38,767 bases of DNA from a virus (Duplodnaviria > Caudoviricetes). The notes under the pieces are model-generated. The model was not told the origin of the DNA. It searched no databases and was given only the letters and a program-made list of their open reading frames with translations. Shown piece after piece: positions 8,501 to 15,953 of the stretch. The stretch is taken from positions 1 through 38,767 of the IMG/VR virus record IMGVR_UViG_3300009194_000025; one strand, written 5' to 3'. Positions within the stretch are counted from its first letter, which is position 1. The number at the start of each line of letters is the position of its first letter. The translations under genes were made by a program, and so were the position numbers.

Positions 8501-11500
8501 TTTTGGGCAAGGTTTCTACACAATAAGCGACCCCGAACTTGCAAGTTTTTATGCGGCTAGGGCAGGGCGGAAACGGCATAGCGGCCCCAACGTAATGCCA
8601 GTTTACATAAAGGCTGAGTCACCGCTTTGGGTTAAAGAGGCAGGAAGAGACACAGAAACCAGTTTTGAGCGAATAGAGCATCTGATTGATGCGTTTAAGG
8701 TCGAGCACCCTGACGCGGATCGCAGGCTATACCCGATACTTGAAAGAGGTAATCTTTCTGAGGATTTTATTGAAGGCGATGATCAGTCAATATCTGAGCA
8801 GGTAAGCGAACTCATCGAAGACTTTGAGTTTGACTCGGTAATTTATGAGTTTGACGATGGAACTAAAGAGGTAGTGGTTTTTGAGCCGACACAAATCAAA
8901 TCCGCCACCGGCAACTCCGGCACTTTCGAACCCGACAATGCGGATATTCGGTTTAGTCGCAGCACCGCACCCGCTCTTGACCCTCAGCCGTTCGGCCCTC
9001 CCAGCGACACCCTGATCCGCCGCCTTGTCTCTAAAATTGCCGACAAGCATACGGTACTCAAGGGCGTCCAAAAGAACATTCAGGAGCAATTCGGAGAAAT
9101 CCCGGAGCCTGCCAACGCCTACCGCGCCGAAGAACTGTTCCACGGAAAGGTGGAAAATGACATTCGACTGATCCAGGAAAACATGGTCGAGCCGCTGGCC
9201 AAGGCCATGTCGGAGAATGATGTATCGCTGAAGCAGTTGGACGAGTTTTTGTACGCCCTTCATGCCCCGGAGCGCAACCGCGCCATTGCCGAGCGAAACC
9301 CGGAGATTCCCGAAGGCGGATCCGGAATGACAGATGCTGAAGCCGCTGCGATCATTAACAAGGTCGAGAAGTCTGGCAAGCTGAAACAGTATCGGGACCT
9401 GGCTAAGCGGGTTCATGACATGCTGGCCATGCGCCGGAAGATCCTCAAGAGCGCCGGCCTGCTGGATGAAGAAACCGTTGGCGCCTGGGAAGCCTCGTAC
9501 AAAAACTATGTGCCGCTGAAGGGCTGGGCTGCGGATGAGCGGCAATCGGACACGCCACGCATCGGGAAGGGCTTTGCCATCGCCGGCAAAGAATCCCAAA
9601 TGGCGGCGGGCCGGAAGTCCCGGGCTGCATCGCCACTGGCCAATACCATCAGTGATTTGTCGGAAGCTGTGTTGCGCCGCCGAAAAAACCAGGTCGGCAA
9701 TGCCTTTATGAACCTGGTCGAAGCCTACCCGAATGGCAGCTACTGGCAGGTTTACTCCGACGAGAATCCGGAAGCCCAACGTAAGGCAGTGAGGGTCAAA
9801 GATCCGGCGACCGGCAAGATGAAAGTGAAAGTGCGCGAGCAGACCGTGCCCATGGCAATGATGAGCGACCGATATTTCACGACCAAGCGAGATGGCAAGA
9901 CCTACTACATCAAGATCGAGGACGAGCGCCTGATGAATGCCATGCGCAACATCGGGCCGGACAACAGCAGCCTGCTGGTTCGCTCACTGTCCGCCGTGAC
10001 GCGTGTCATGTCCTCGCTCAATACCAGCTACAACCCCGAGTTCATTATTTCCAACTTCTCCCGGGATATTCAGACTGCGTTACTGAACCTAACGTCGGAG
10101 CAATCCAGTGAAGACGGAAAGGCCCGTGGCAAGAAGATTGCAGCCAAGACACTCAAAGATGTTGGCACCTCCATTCGAGCCATCAATGCCAGCCTGAAGG
10201 GCAAGAAGTTGACTGGGAAGGCAGGAGAATGGCAGGCACACTTCGACCAGTTCCGGGCCGATGGCGCCAAAACCGGCTGGTTCGATATGAAGGATATCGA
10301 CGGCCAGATGCAGGACCTGGAGAAGATGATTGCCGTGGCCGGTGGCGGGCCTGTCAATTCCGTGCGCAGAGCATTCAGGGCCACAACCGATTGGGTCGAA
10401 AACACCAACAGTGCCATCGAAAACGGCGTGCGCTTGTCTGCTTACGTTAATGCGATCGAGGCCGGTATATCCCGCTCACAGGCCGCATCCCTGGCCAAGA
10501 ACATGACAGTGAACTTCAACCGCAAGGGCGAGCTCGGAACGATGATAAACGCCCTGTATATGTTCGCAAATGCGTCAGTGCAGGGTACTGCCAACTTTGT
10601 GCGCACCCTGGGCCGGCTGAACGGCGTCAAGGGTGATCCGGCCTGGCAGCGCATGCACACAGCGCAGAAGATTGCCGTGGGCATGGCCGTGGGTGGCTTC
10701 ATGCTGTCGCTGCTAAACCGACTGGTGGCCGGCGAGGATGATGACGAAGTGAACTGGTGGGACAAGGTGCCAGATTACGTCAAGGAGCGGAACATTGTCA
10801 TCATGAAGTCCTTAGCGGGCGGCGAACCTGGGGAATACTGGACGATCCCGCTGCCGTATGGGTACAACATATTCCCGGTGATCGGCACTCAGATTGAGCA
10901 CATTGCTTTCAGCGAAAACCAGTCTTCCGGTGACGCCGCAAGCAACGTGGTACTTGCCGCCCTGGGTAGCTTCTCGCCCATCGGCTTCGAGCAATCGGAA
11001 GAATTGTACGGGGTTCTGGCGAAGAACATCATGCCCACGATCTTGCGGCCAGTCGCCAGCATTTCCCTGAACGAGAATTTCATGGGTGGGCCAATCTATA
11101 AAGAGAACTTTCCGTTTGGCACCCAGAAGCCGGACAGCGCCCTCTATTTCCGGAGCACGCCGGAAGCCTTCAAGGCACTTGCCGAGGGGCTGAATGACGC
11201 TACCGGTGGCAGCGAGTTTCGTAGCGGCGCGGCAGATCTTAGCCCTGACGTGATGCAGTTCCTGGTCGGCTACTACGGCGGCGGAGCCTACAACTTCTTT
11301 ACCAGCCGAACGCCCAACTTCTTGCAGAAAGTGGCGACTGGTGTTGAGTTGGAGGACCGAGAGATTCCGTTCGTGCGCAAGGTCAGCGGCAAGGTGCTGC
11401 CGTATGAGGATCAGTCGAAGTTCTACGACCGGCGCAATGAAATTCAGCAGTTGGTAGCCGAGCGCAAGGCACTGAAAGGGCGAGAGCGCATTGAATTTAG

Positions 11501-11705
11501 CAAAGACTACCGCGACAAGCTTCGCCTGAAGCCCATCATTGACTCGACCGAGAAGCGGCTGAAAATGCTGCGAGAGCAACGGGATCGGATTGAACTGATG
11601 GATCTGTCGGCGTCGGAAGAAGATAGGCGCTTGCAGCAGGTTGAAAGACAGATGAAGCGGGCGATCAACCAGTTCAATAAGCGGTACAACGAAGCGGACG
11701 ATTAG
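5565..11705 (+). CDS. Giant polyvalent protein, segment 3: RadC/JAB, degenerate JAB copy, metallopeptidase-like (HEVVGH), two ADP-ribosyltransferase-like domains, LPD38-like C-terminus
   Basis: Frame is open from 5565 (VREDQISLDF...EVTNAAEAAHVLAPFRKDAHETMLALVMD). Motifs SHNHPSG...SGSD...HVIIG; VLHEVVGHYGLR; AYHGTPHRFDKFS...GTGEG.QAFGWGIYLA...GNLYEVEIP; VVYHGT...FGQGFY...EVVVFEPTQIKSATGN; TVNFNRKG...LYMFANASVQG...IPLPYGY. The ATG at 5832 has no SD. Confidence 0.85.
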   Translation, partial: VREDQISLDFDAEPENDGQASNLPSGQRGADNAATEATDTGRRSPRIQNQRQRARQIERQSFFHGLREVTNAAEAAHVLAPFRKDAHETMLALVMDEDRRPLAIIRHTKGTVDGTAVYPERFISDMVSVPGADSVWLSHNHPSGTMSPSGSDIKITQKLAPMIKNADLKLEGHVIIGFGRDHTAFDVSDRSDGGLSITEAAVRKHKIPVLERQIASKTGMKNAKPIKSPDDAVKALKDIADKDQTGVMLLDNANRPLGFLDLSGYDLEALRGTSAYRDVLQAIASTNASSGIVQAGSGVRDTQNLQRMLADTGEFRLLDAVHVDIMFERDVDYGSAANMGALETSGAWFSLDGEYLRTKNKRTDALSATEARTHASTLMRDWKGRPPVMIADSISEFPQRLRAAIRKAGAESDMRGVYFEGKVYILAFRIPSRAALEEVVLHEVVGHYGLRTMMGAELKPLLNQVYLKFARTDQAKKLIRNYFPKGNFSASNSNHRLTIAEELLAHLAETGKHQKLWNKIVAAVREGLRKLGFTLEMTEADLLGILAGAQKTVEQGGISRPSEADNHFRRAYHGTPHRFDKFSLEAIGTGEGVQAFGWGIYLASRRSIAEYYQESVSNVSGGGLSLAGVVPASANEGLSNGAWVAAKDLSELLVPNPKNVKLFGDLDIKGQRRVLSMMRAILQDREVLDSVVSLVPIDMVNMLGGQKLSAQALLNNPAMLIDLLPANPDNLVASSISAMDILAPAVALSAAKIHTGLGRFDVAASDFVSAGGTVNHGSLRDVYGKIPHPSEFRKGNLYEVEIPDDRDLLDYDKRLNDQPPGITDAVRAITDEQHGEGTFDYWMEANEEGGDYREWRDNLMEEVEDRDLSLALNEKGVPGLRYLDGDSRIDAANGATHNYVIWDESVVSVQAVNDEMAQAEAYFSRSGQKQTDTEAFRKWFGASKVVDESGEPLVVYHGTGQDVAAFDKTAIGEETDFGIFGQGFYTISDPELASFYAARAGRKRHSGPNVMPVYIKAESPLWVKEAGRDTETSFERIEHLIDAFKVEHPDADRRLYPILERGNLSEDFIEGDDQSISEQVSELIEDFEFDSVIYEFDDGTKEVVVFEPTQIKSATGNSGTFEPDNADIRFSRSTAPALDPQPFGPPSDTLIRRLVSKIADKHTVLKGVQKNIQEQFGEIPEPANAYRAEELFHGKVENDIRLIQENMVEPLAKAMSENDVSLKQLDEFLYALHAPERNRAIAERNPEIPEGGSGMTDAEAAAIINKVEKSGKLKQYRDLAKRVHDMLAMRRKILKSAGLLDEETVGAWEASYKNYVPLKGWAADERQSDTPRIGKGFAIAGKESQMAAGRKSRAASPLANTISDLSEAVLRRRKNQVGNAFMNLVEAYPNGSYWQVYSDENPEAQRKAVRVKDPATGKMKVKVREQTVPMAMMSDRYFTTKRDGKTYYIKIEDERLMNAMRNIGPDNSSLLVRSLSAVTRVMSSLNTSYNPEFIISNFSRDIQTALLNLTSEQSSEDGKARGKKIAAKTLKDVGTSIRAINASLKGKKLTGKAGEWQAHFDQFRADGAKTGWFDMKDIDGQMQDLEKMIAVAGGGPVNSVRRAFRATTDWVENTNSAIENGVRLSAYVNAIEAGISRSQAASLAKNMTVNFNRKGELGTMINALYMFANASVQGTANFVRTLGRLNGVKGDPAWQRMHTAQKIAVGMAVGGFMLSLLNRLVAGEDDDEVNWWDKVPDYVKERNIVIMKSLAGGEPGEYWTIPLPYGYNIFPVIGTQIEHIAFSENQSSGDAASNVVLAALGSFSPIGFEQSEELYGVLAKNIMPTILRPVASISLNENFMGGPIYKENFPFGTQKPDSALYFRSTPEAFKALAEGLNDATGGSEFRSGAADLSPDVMQFLVGYYGGGAYNFFTSRTPNFLQKVATGVELEDREIPFVRKVSGKVLPYEDQSKFYDRRNEIQQLVAERKALKGRERIEFSKDYRDKLRLKPIIDSTEKRLKMLREQRDRIELMDLSASEEDRRLQQVERQMKRAINQFNKRYNEADD
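5611..5772 (+). CDS. Candidate nested +1-frame small protein (53 aa, MTDKPATYQVGNVVQIMPPQKPLILDGDRQEYKISGNEPDRSSDSRSSTASGK)
   Basis: GGAG-7nt-ATG (5600-5613), TAA at 5770-5772. Exactly spans the low-complexity linker between the LPD1 and JAB domains. Confidence 0.45.
   Translation: MTDKPATYQVGNVVQIMPPQKPLILDGDRQEYKISGNEPDRSSDSRSSTASGK
7368..7892 (-). CDS. HNH homing endonuclease (174 aa), nested antisense inside the giant gene
   Basis: N-terminal Zn finger CAAC...FCSRKC, GY...VYEHR.IVEQ.LGRKL...EHVHHINGDKADNAIENL HNH core, C-terminal HTH-like segment. SD GGAG 6 nt before the ATG at 7892. Confidence 0.88.
   Translation of the reverse strand: MVNCAACGNEITRRHIKTTKTGMNFCSRKCHSRGQYIHGRNAAGYKIIRVGGKQVYEHRWIVEQSLGRKLLTSEHVHHINGDKADNAIENLSVLQDSAHHREHSPLTFDIEIAKQLYVLGVGYKKLGQVFGRNPSSIREAFIRRGWHDPSKTKPTARDVRNAFLVVFGNRPPAC
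7917..7945 (-). promoter_or_regulatory. Candidate sigma70 promoter for the nested HNH gene
   Basis: Minus strand TTGCGA-N17-TATTTT, about 25 nt upstream of the HNH ATG. Confidence 0.5.
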
Positions 11706-11735
11706 CGGCGACGGATGGCCCGGACAATTTCGGAG

Positions 11736-11786
11736 TTGACGTCCTCCCCGGCCTGAAGGCCGGGGCTTGTCGCGCATCCTGGTCAA
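11736..11786 (-). mobile_element. 51-bp IS200/IS605-family end remnant (PATE-like / collapsed element)
   Basis: Minus strand TTGAC-CAGGATGCGCGACAAG-CCCCGGCCT-TC-AGGCCGGGG-AGGACGTCAA: a GC hairpin with a ...GTCAA terminus typical of IS200/IS605 ends. No tnpA or tnpB present. Confidence 0.6.
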
Positions 11787-11817
11787 GGTTTTGTGTGCAA
11801 ACAATTACTCGACGCCA

Positions 11818-12126
11818 TTATGTGCGCAGCGCAAGGCAGTCTTCAGGATGCCAGCGGGTATCTTCTGCATCTTGATACTTTGCGAAAACCCCGTATTGCG
11901 TGCTGATAGTTTTATGCTCGGATCTCGCTACAACCACACCTGTAACTTCACCCGAAAACATTAAAACTCTTACCTTTTCGCCAATCTCAAACCGTGGCGT
12001 CAGACGCTCTATTTCGTCACAGAGCGTTGTAACGTCACTCATTTGTATAGCTGGCCATCCGTCCGGGAAGTGGTCGTGCTCCATAATTCGACACTTTGCT
12101 ATGATCTCGGAAATCTGATCTTTCAA
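11818..12126 (-). CDS. Hypothetical protein, last gene of the leftward operon
   Basis: TTG start overlaps the upstream TGA. C-terminal SH3/KOW-like FEIGEKVRV...GVVV. Confidence 0.65.
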   Translation of the reverse strand: MKDQISEIIAKCRIMEHDHFPDGWPAIQMSDVTTLCDEIERLTPRFEIGEKVRVLMFSGEVTGVVVARSEHKTISTQYGVFAKYQDAEDTRWHPEDCLALRT

Positions 12127-12824
12127 TGTTGCCCCCTGTCCAGTGCGTCTCGCACGTATTTGCTCCACTGTTCCGCCATTGCATCGGCCCAGCCCTGATA
12201 TGTTTTTGACCTGACCTGCCAGCGGTCGTCACCAGGAGTCAGGCAGTTCTGCCCTGAATCGGTCTGGTTTCCCCATCGTTTAACCATATTTCCAGATCCT
12301 TTCGGCCACTCCACCAGCCTCGGCGGATAGTCAGAAGTCGGCTTCAGATTGGGTAGACCAATCAGCCATAGTCCTGTTTTCTTGCTGGCATCCTCGCCAT
12401 ACTCGAACGGCTGGATGTACTGGCTGGCCGGGCGGATTCGCGTGCTGATAACGCCCACCGGATCCTCCAGCGCAATAAACGGAACAGGCGCGTCCAGCAT
12501 TTCTTTTACAAAATCCAGTGCCTCCAGCCTCTGCGCTCTGCGCTCTGCGCCTACCAGCGTTCCCGGCTTTACCTGCTGGTGATAGGGTCCGTCACCATAA
12601 GCCCATGCGGCTGAATTGGTGAGATAAGTACAGTCCGGATGGACAATGAACAGGTCCCACATTCCCGGCTTTAGGAGCAAGCGAACATCACATTGGAAGT
12701 GCCACTCTGGATCGCCAGAACACGGAAGAAGATCACATGAATAAGCATCATGGCCCAATGCTCTGAAAGCATCCCGTGTCACTGCACTGGATTCACAGCC
12801 AATCAAAACCCTTAATCGTTTCAT
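12123..12824 (-). CDS. Phage DNA cytosine-5 methyltransferase-like protein (orphan)
   Basis: Motifs RVLIGCESS..TRDAF...GHDAYSCDLLPC, WDLFIVHPDCTYL, LEDPVG, SKKTGLWL and RSKTY.G.A.AMAEQW. Confidence 0.75.
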   Translation of the reverse strand: MKRLRVLIGCESSAVTRDAFRALGHDAYSCDLLPCSGDPEWHFQCDVRLLLKPGMWDLFIVHPDCTYLTNSAAWAYGDGPYHQQVKPGTLVGAERRAQRLEALDFVKEMLDAPVPFIALEDPVGVISTRIRPASQYIQPFEYGEDASKKTGLWLIGLPNLKPTSDYPPRLVEWPKGSGNMVKRWGNQTDSGQNCLTPGDDRWQVRSKTYQGWADAMAEQWSKYVRDALDRGQH

Positions 12825-13021
12825 TCCTTTACCCCATACTGCCGCTTCAGCTTCTTCAGCCGCTTTTCCATCATCCGGGCCTTTACCGGGCCTACCTGGT
12901 GCCGGTCACGCTTGAGGCGCCGGCTCAGGTCGGCAATGTATTCGCGCATTGCGGCCGGGTTGCGAACGTCCGGGATCTGCTCGTCGTTATGCTCTGGTGG
13001 TGGCGTGCTTGCAGGTGTCAT
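12821..13021 (-). CDS. Hypothetical protein
   Basis: ATGA overlaps on both sides. Confidence 0.65.
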   Translation of the reverse strand: MTPASTPPPEHNDEQIPDVRNPAAMREYIADLSRRLKRDRHQVGPVKARMMEKRLKKLKRQYGVKE

Positions 13022-13443
13022 TGTTGTTTCCCATCCATCTCGTCGGCTTGTTGGCGTAGGCTTTGGGCGTAGGCTTTAACCTCACGACGCGGAATCTCCA
13101 CATATTCTTGGTCGTCATACTCGGGATCAAAAACCCCGATCTCTTGCCCAAACTTCTCCACCGCCTCGGCCTGCTTGCGGAGGAGCCATGCGGATTCGTA
13201 CTCGTCCGGGTCGTCGCCCAAGAGCGTGCGGCAACGATCGGAGATTGGGCTCAGGGCATCGTGCACCCAGTCGGGCACCCAGTCGGGGTCGAGTGATCTT
13301 TGGCAGGCCGTGGCTGTGTCTGACACAAATTCCTCAAGCTCTGCCACCCTAGCCCGCAAAGCCTCGTTCTCAGCTTTGGCCGCGGTGAGCTTTTTGGCTA
13401 TTCGGTCTACCTTGCGCTTAGGAACAGCGATTAGATCACTCAT
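13018..13443 (-). CDS. Hypothetical coiled-coil protein (ea/ead-region type)
   Basis: Start MSDLIAV with GAGG SD; coiled coil LRARVAELE; operon coupling. Confidence 0.7.
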   Translation of the reverse strand: MSDLIAVPKRKVDRIAKKLTAAKAENEALRARVAELEEFVSDTATACQRSLDPDWVPDWVHDALSPISDRCRTLLGDDPDEYESAWLLRKQAEAVEKFGQEIGVFDPEYDDQEYVEIPRREVKAYAQSLRQQADEMDGKQQ

Positions 13444-13693
13444 GGCCGCGATCCTCCTGAATGCTCCAGATAGTGTCGCCCACCATCTTGATCTCCCAGT
13501 TAGACAGATCATTCATGCTCCCAAGCTGGCGCTCCCGCTTCTCCCAGTCCTTGCTGACAACAGCAGCACCGAACTCTGCTTCCAGCATCTTCTTGATGCG
13601 GTCAATGACGATGGACTTGCCGCACTGCGTGGGCCCAGTCACGGTTATGCAGGCGACTTCAGGGACTTTGATGGTCACATTACGAGTTTTCAC
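13436..13693 (-). CDS. Small hypothetical protein with a P-loop-like motif
   Basis: ITVTGPTQCGKS; GGAGG SD; overlaps neighbouring genes. Confidence 0.7.
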   Translation of the reverse strand: MKTRNVTIKVPEVACITVTGPTQCGKSIVIDRIKKMLEAEFGAAVVSKDWEKRERQLGSMNDLSNWEIKMVGDTIWSIQEDRGHE

Positions 13694-14313
13694 GATTCAC
13701 CCTCCTTCGACTTGGGCGGCTGGGGACGGGTTAGGCCGGTGGGTTTCCAGCAACTATCCTGATAAATTCTGTGGCCTAGAGGGCCTTCTGCGCCGATTTG
13801 TTCTGCATAAACAAGCCTTGGCGAATCATCCAAAGTTCGCATGAAGTGAACCATGCCAAAGGGATCTTCATCCGCCTCAGTCGGCAACCTCTCACTGCAC
13901 TTAACCCACCCATCACCCTCTGGCTGGGGTGTGGTGGACAGCAGGGCGTAGGCCCGATCCATCATTGCCCTGTGCTTGTATGGCGCATCTTCATCTACGC
14001 TCATTTCGTAGTCGTGCATTGCCTGTACCATTTCCTGAAGACACTCGCGCCACCCCTCCGGAACACTCCCTTGCTGACCCTCTGGCTGAGGTGTGGTGGC
14101 TAAGGCCTCGCAAAACAAATAAAGCCATGGCTCTTTGTCTTTCCATGCGCAGTAACTGATGCCTGGTCCGCGAATGATGTAACCATCTGTTTCAGGGTCG
14201 TCAATATGCGTGAGACGCCAGCCATCCGGCACACTCCCTTGCTGGGCGGGCTCGTTGGTGGCGTCCAGGTTGTTGAACGCCTCTGCGAACTGGTCTTTGT
14301 TGTGGATGTTCAC
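13690..14313 (-). CDS. Modular hypothetical protein with a DUF551-like C-terminus
   Basis: GWVKCSERLP...W.P...PQPPK; internal repeats QQGSVP(D/E)GW and TTPQPEG. Confidence 0.7.
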   Translation of the reverse strand: MNIHNKDQFAEAFNNLDATNEPAQQGSVPDGWRLTHIDDPETDGYIIRGPGISYCAWKDKEPWLYLFCEALATTPQPEGQQGSVPEGWRECLQEMVQAMHDYEMSVDEDAPYKHRAMMDRAYALLSTTPQPEGDGWVKCSERLPTEADEDPFGMVHFMRTLDDSPRLVYAEQIGAEGPLGHRIYQDSCWKPTGLTRPQPPKSKEGES

Positions 14314-15953
14314 GCGGCACCCCGCACGATTTCCAAGGCCATGTCGTAGCCTTCCCAGTTATCGACACCGGCGGCGGCCAGGGCCAGGTACATCTTGCTG
14401 TTGTGCTCCAGTTTCTCGTATTCCTTCTTGGAAAGAGTCACGGTTTCAGTGGAGTTTGGCTTACCGTCCATGCGCTCGGGTGTCGGGTCTGGATAAGTCA
14501 GCGGCGGCATTTCAAAGGCTGGCTTCTTGCCTTGGCTGCTAGGCGATACCCCATGACTCCGGGCTTCCGCTTCTTGGGCACCCAGCGCATCTTCTTCGGC
14601 AGCCCGCTTCGCCTTCGCTTCTTCCTCCTGCCGGATCTTCTCCCGCTCGGCATCCAGGCGCTTCTGTTCGGCTTCCTTGTGGTCGGCAATGCGGGATTTG
14701 ACGATGGCGGCGAAGTCGTCGGCGGGCTTGCTCACGATCATATTCAGGTCACTGAACAGGAACCGGTAGTCAGCCGCGTGCTCGTCAATCTGCTTCAGGT
14801 TGCCGCGAACCGTGCTGGCGGTTTCATTCACCTCGATCTTGGCCTGGGCCATGAGGTCATCGCAGGCAGACTTCATGCTGCTGATGGTTTTCTTGCCCTT
14901 GATCGCGCCAGCAAAGTCCGGGATCTGCACCGGCATGTACTGGCCAACGTCAATGCCGCGAACGAACGTGTCGAAGTCCTGCTTGGCGGTCAGTACGATT
15001 TCCTGCTTGCGGGCGTCCTTCTCGGTCTTGACCGCCTTTTCCAGCTTCAGCCGGATCTGGCGGGTTTCCTCGCTGATCCGGTCAATGGTTTTCACCACAT
15101 CGTCTACGGTCTGCATCTGCCCAAGTACGTTTTCCTTGGCACCGGACAGGCGCTTCTCCACATCCTTGCAGAACTTCACCGCCTTCTCGGCGTCCGCGAA
15201 ATCGGTGTCGGTCTGCAGGTCGGTATTGATGCCCGCCAGGGTGGCCATGGCGTTCGCTTCGAATTCAGCCAAGTTGGACGATTCCACCATACCGCTTGCA
15301 CGAACCACCAGGGAGGGCAGGGCATCAGGGGCTTTGCCTTCGGGCTTTGGCTGCTCGGTTTCCGGCACTTCGTATTCAGCCAGGTCTTTGGCGAACTGCT
15401 CCCAGGCTGCCAGCAAAGGCTTAAATCGGGATTCGTCGCGCTCGATCCAGAGGTGTTTGTAGTTTTCGCCCTTCTCGTCACAGGCGGTAAACAAGATCCG
15501 CTCAGCGCCGGACAGGGCGAACTGCTGGTCAAGCTGGACCATGTAATGCTCTTCGAGCTTTCCGGCATCGATCTGGGCAAACAAGCTTTCGGATGCCAGT
15601 TTACATTCCCACCCGATCTCGCCCGTAATTGAAAGCCCATCCATAGATGCCAAAAACCCGTTTTCCTCATCATCCAGGACGATTGGGAAAAGGTCTTCCC
15701 CGATTTCCTTCTCGGCGATAATTCTGCCAGCGGCCTCGGCCCGGTGCCCCTTATCAAATATGCGCTGCTGATGCTCGGATACCTCCGGCACAAGGCCGGT
15801 TGCCTTCTGCTTCAGCAAATCGCTGCGGCTCTGGTATTTGGATTGGCCCATCGCAGCCGGGGCTTCACTCGCGGTAAATCTTTTCGACCTGAGCTCTGCC
15901 CACTGCTGCGATCCCTGCGGAATGTTGACGATTTTTCCTTGTTGAAATTTCAT
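14310..15953 (-). CDS. YqaJ/lambda-exonuclease family recombination nuclease with a coiled-coil tail
   Basis: Motifs QGSQQW...R...TASE..AAMG.SKY, GH..E, LASMDG...WECK and Q.DQQ. Confidence 0.9.
   Translation of the reverse strand: MKFQQGKIVNIPQGSQQWAELRSKRFTASEAPAAMGQSKYQSRSDLLKQKATGLVPEVSEHQQRIFDKGHRAEAAGRIIAEKEIGEDLFPIVLDDEENGFLASMDGLSITGEIGWECKLASESLFAQIDAGKLEEHYMVQLDQQFALSGAERILFTACDEKGENYKHLWIERDESRFKPLLAAWEQFAKDLAEYEVPETEQPKPEGKAPDALPSLVVRASGMVESSNLAEFEANAMATLAGINTDLQTDTDFADAEKAVKFCKDVEKRLSGAKENVLGQMQTVDDVVKTIDRISEETRQIRLKLEKAVKTEKDARKQEIVLTAKQDFDTFVRGIDVGQYMPVQIPDFAGAIKGKKTISSMKSACDDLMAQAKIEVNETASTVRGNLKQIDEHAADYRFLFSDLNMIVSKPADDFAAIVKSRIADHKEAEQKRLDAEREKIRQEEEAKAKRAAEEDALGAQEAEARSHGVSPSSQGKKPAFEMPPLTYPDPTPERMDGKPNSTETVTLSKKEYEKLEHNSKMYLALAAAGVDNWEGYDMALEIVRGAA

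Noticed and set aside
8787-11804. Two 330-aa minus-strand ORFs (8787..9779 and 10812..11804) inside the giant gene
   Set aside because: No recognisable motifs or translation signals; typical antisense shadows.
14403-15632. 409-aa plus-strand ORF opposite the YqaJ gene
   Set aside because: In-register antisense shadow of a GC3-biased gene, with no motifs or RBS. This contrasts with 7368-7892, which has a full HNH signature.
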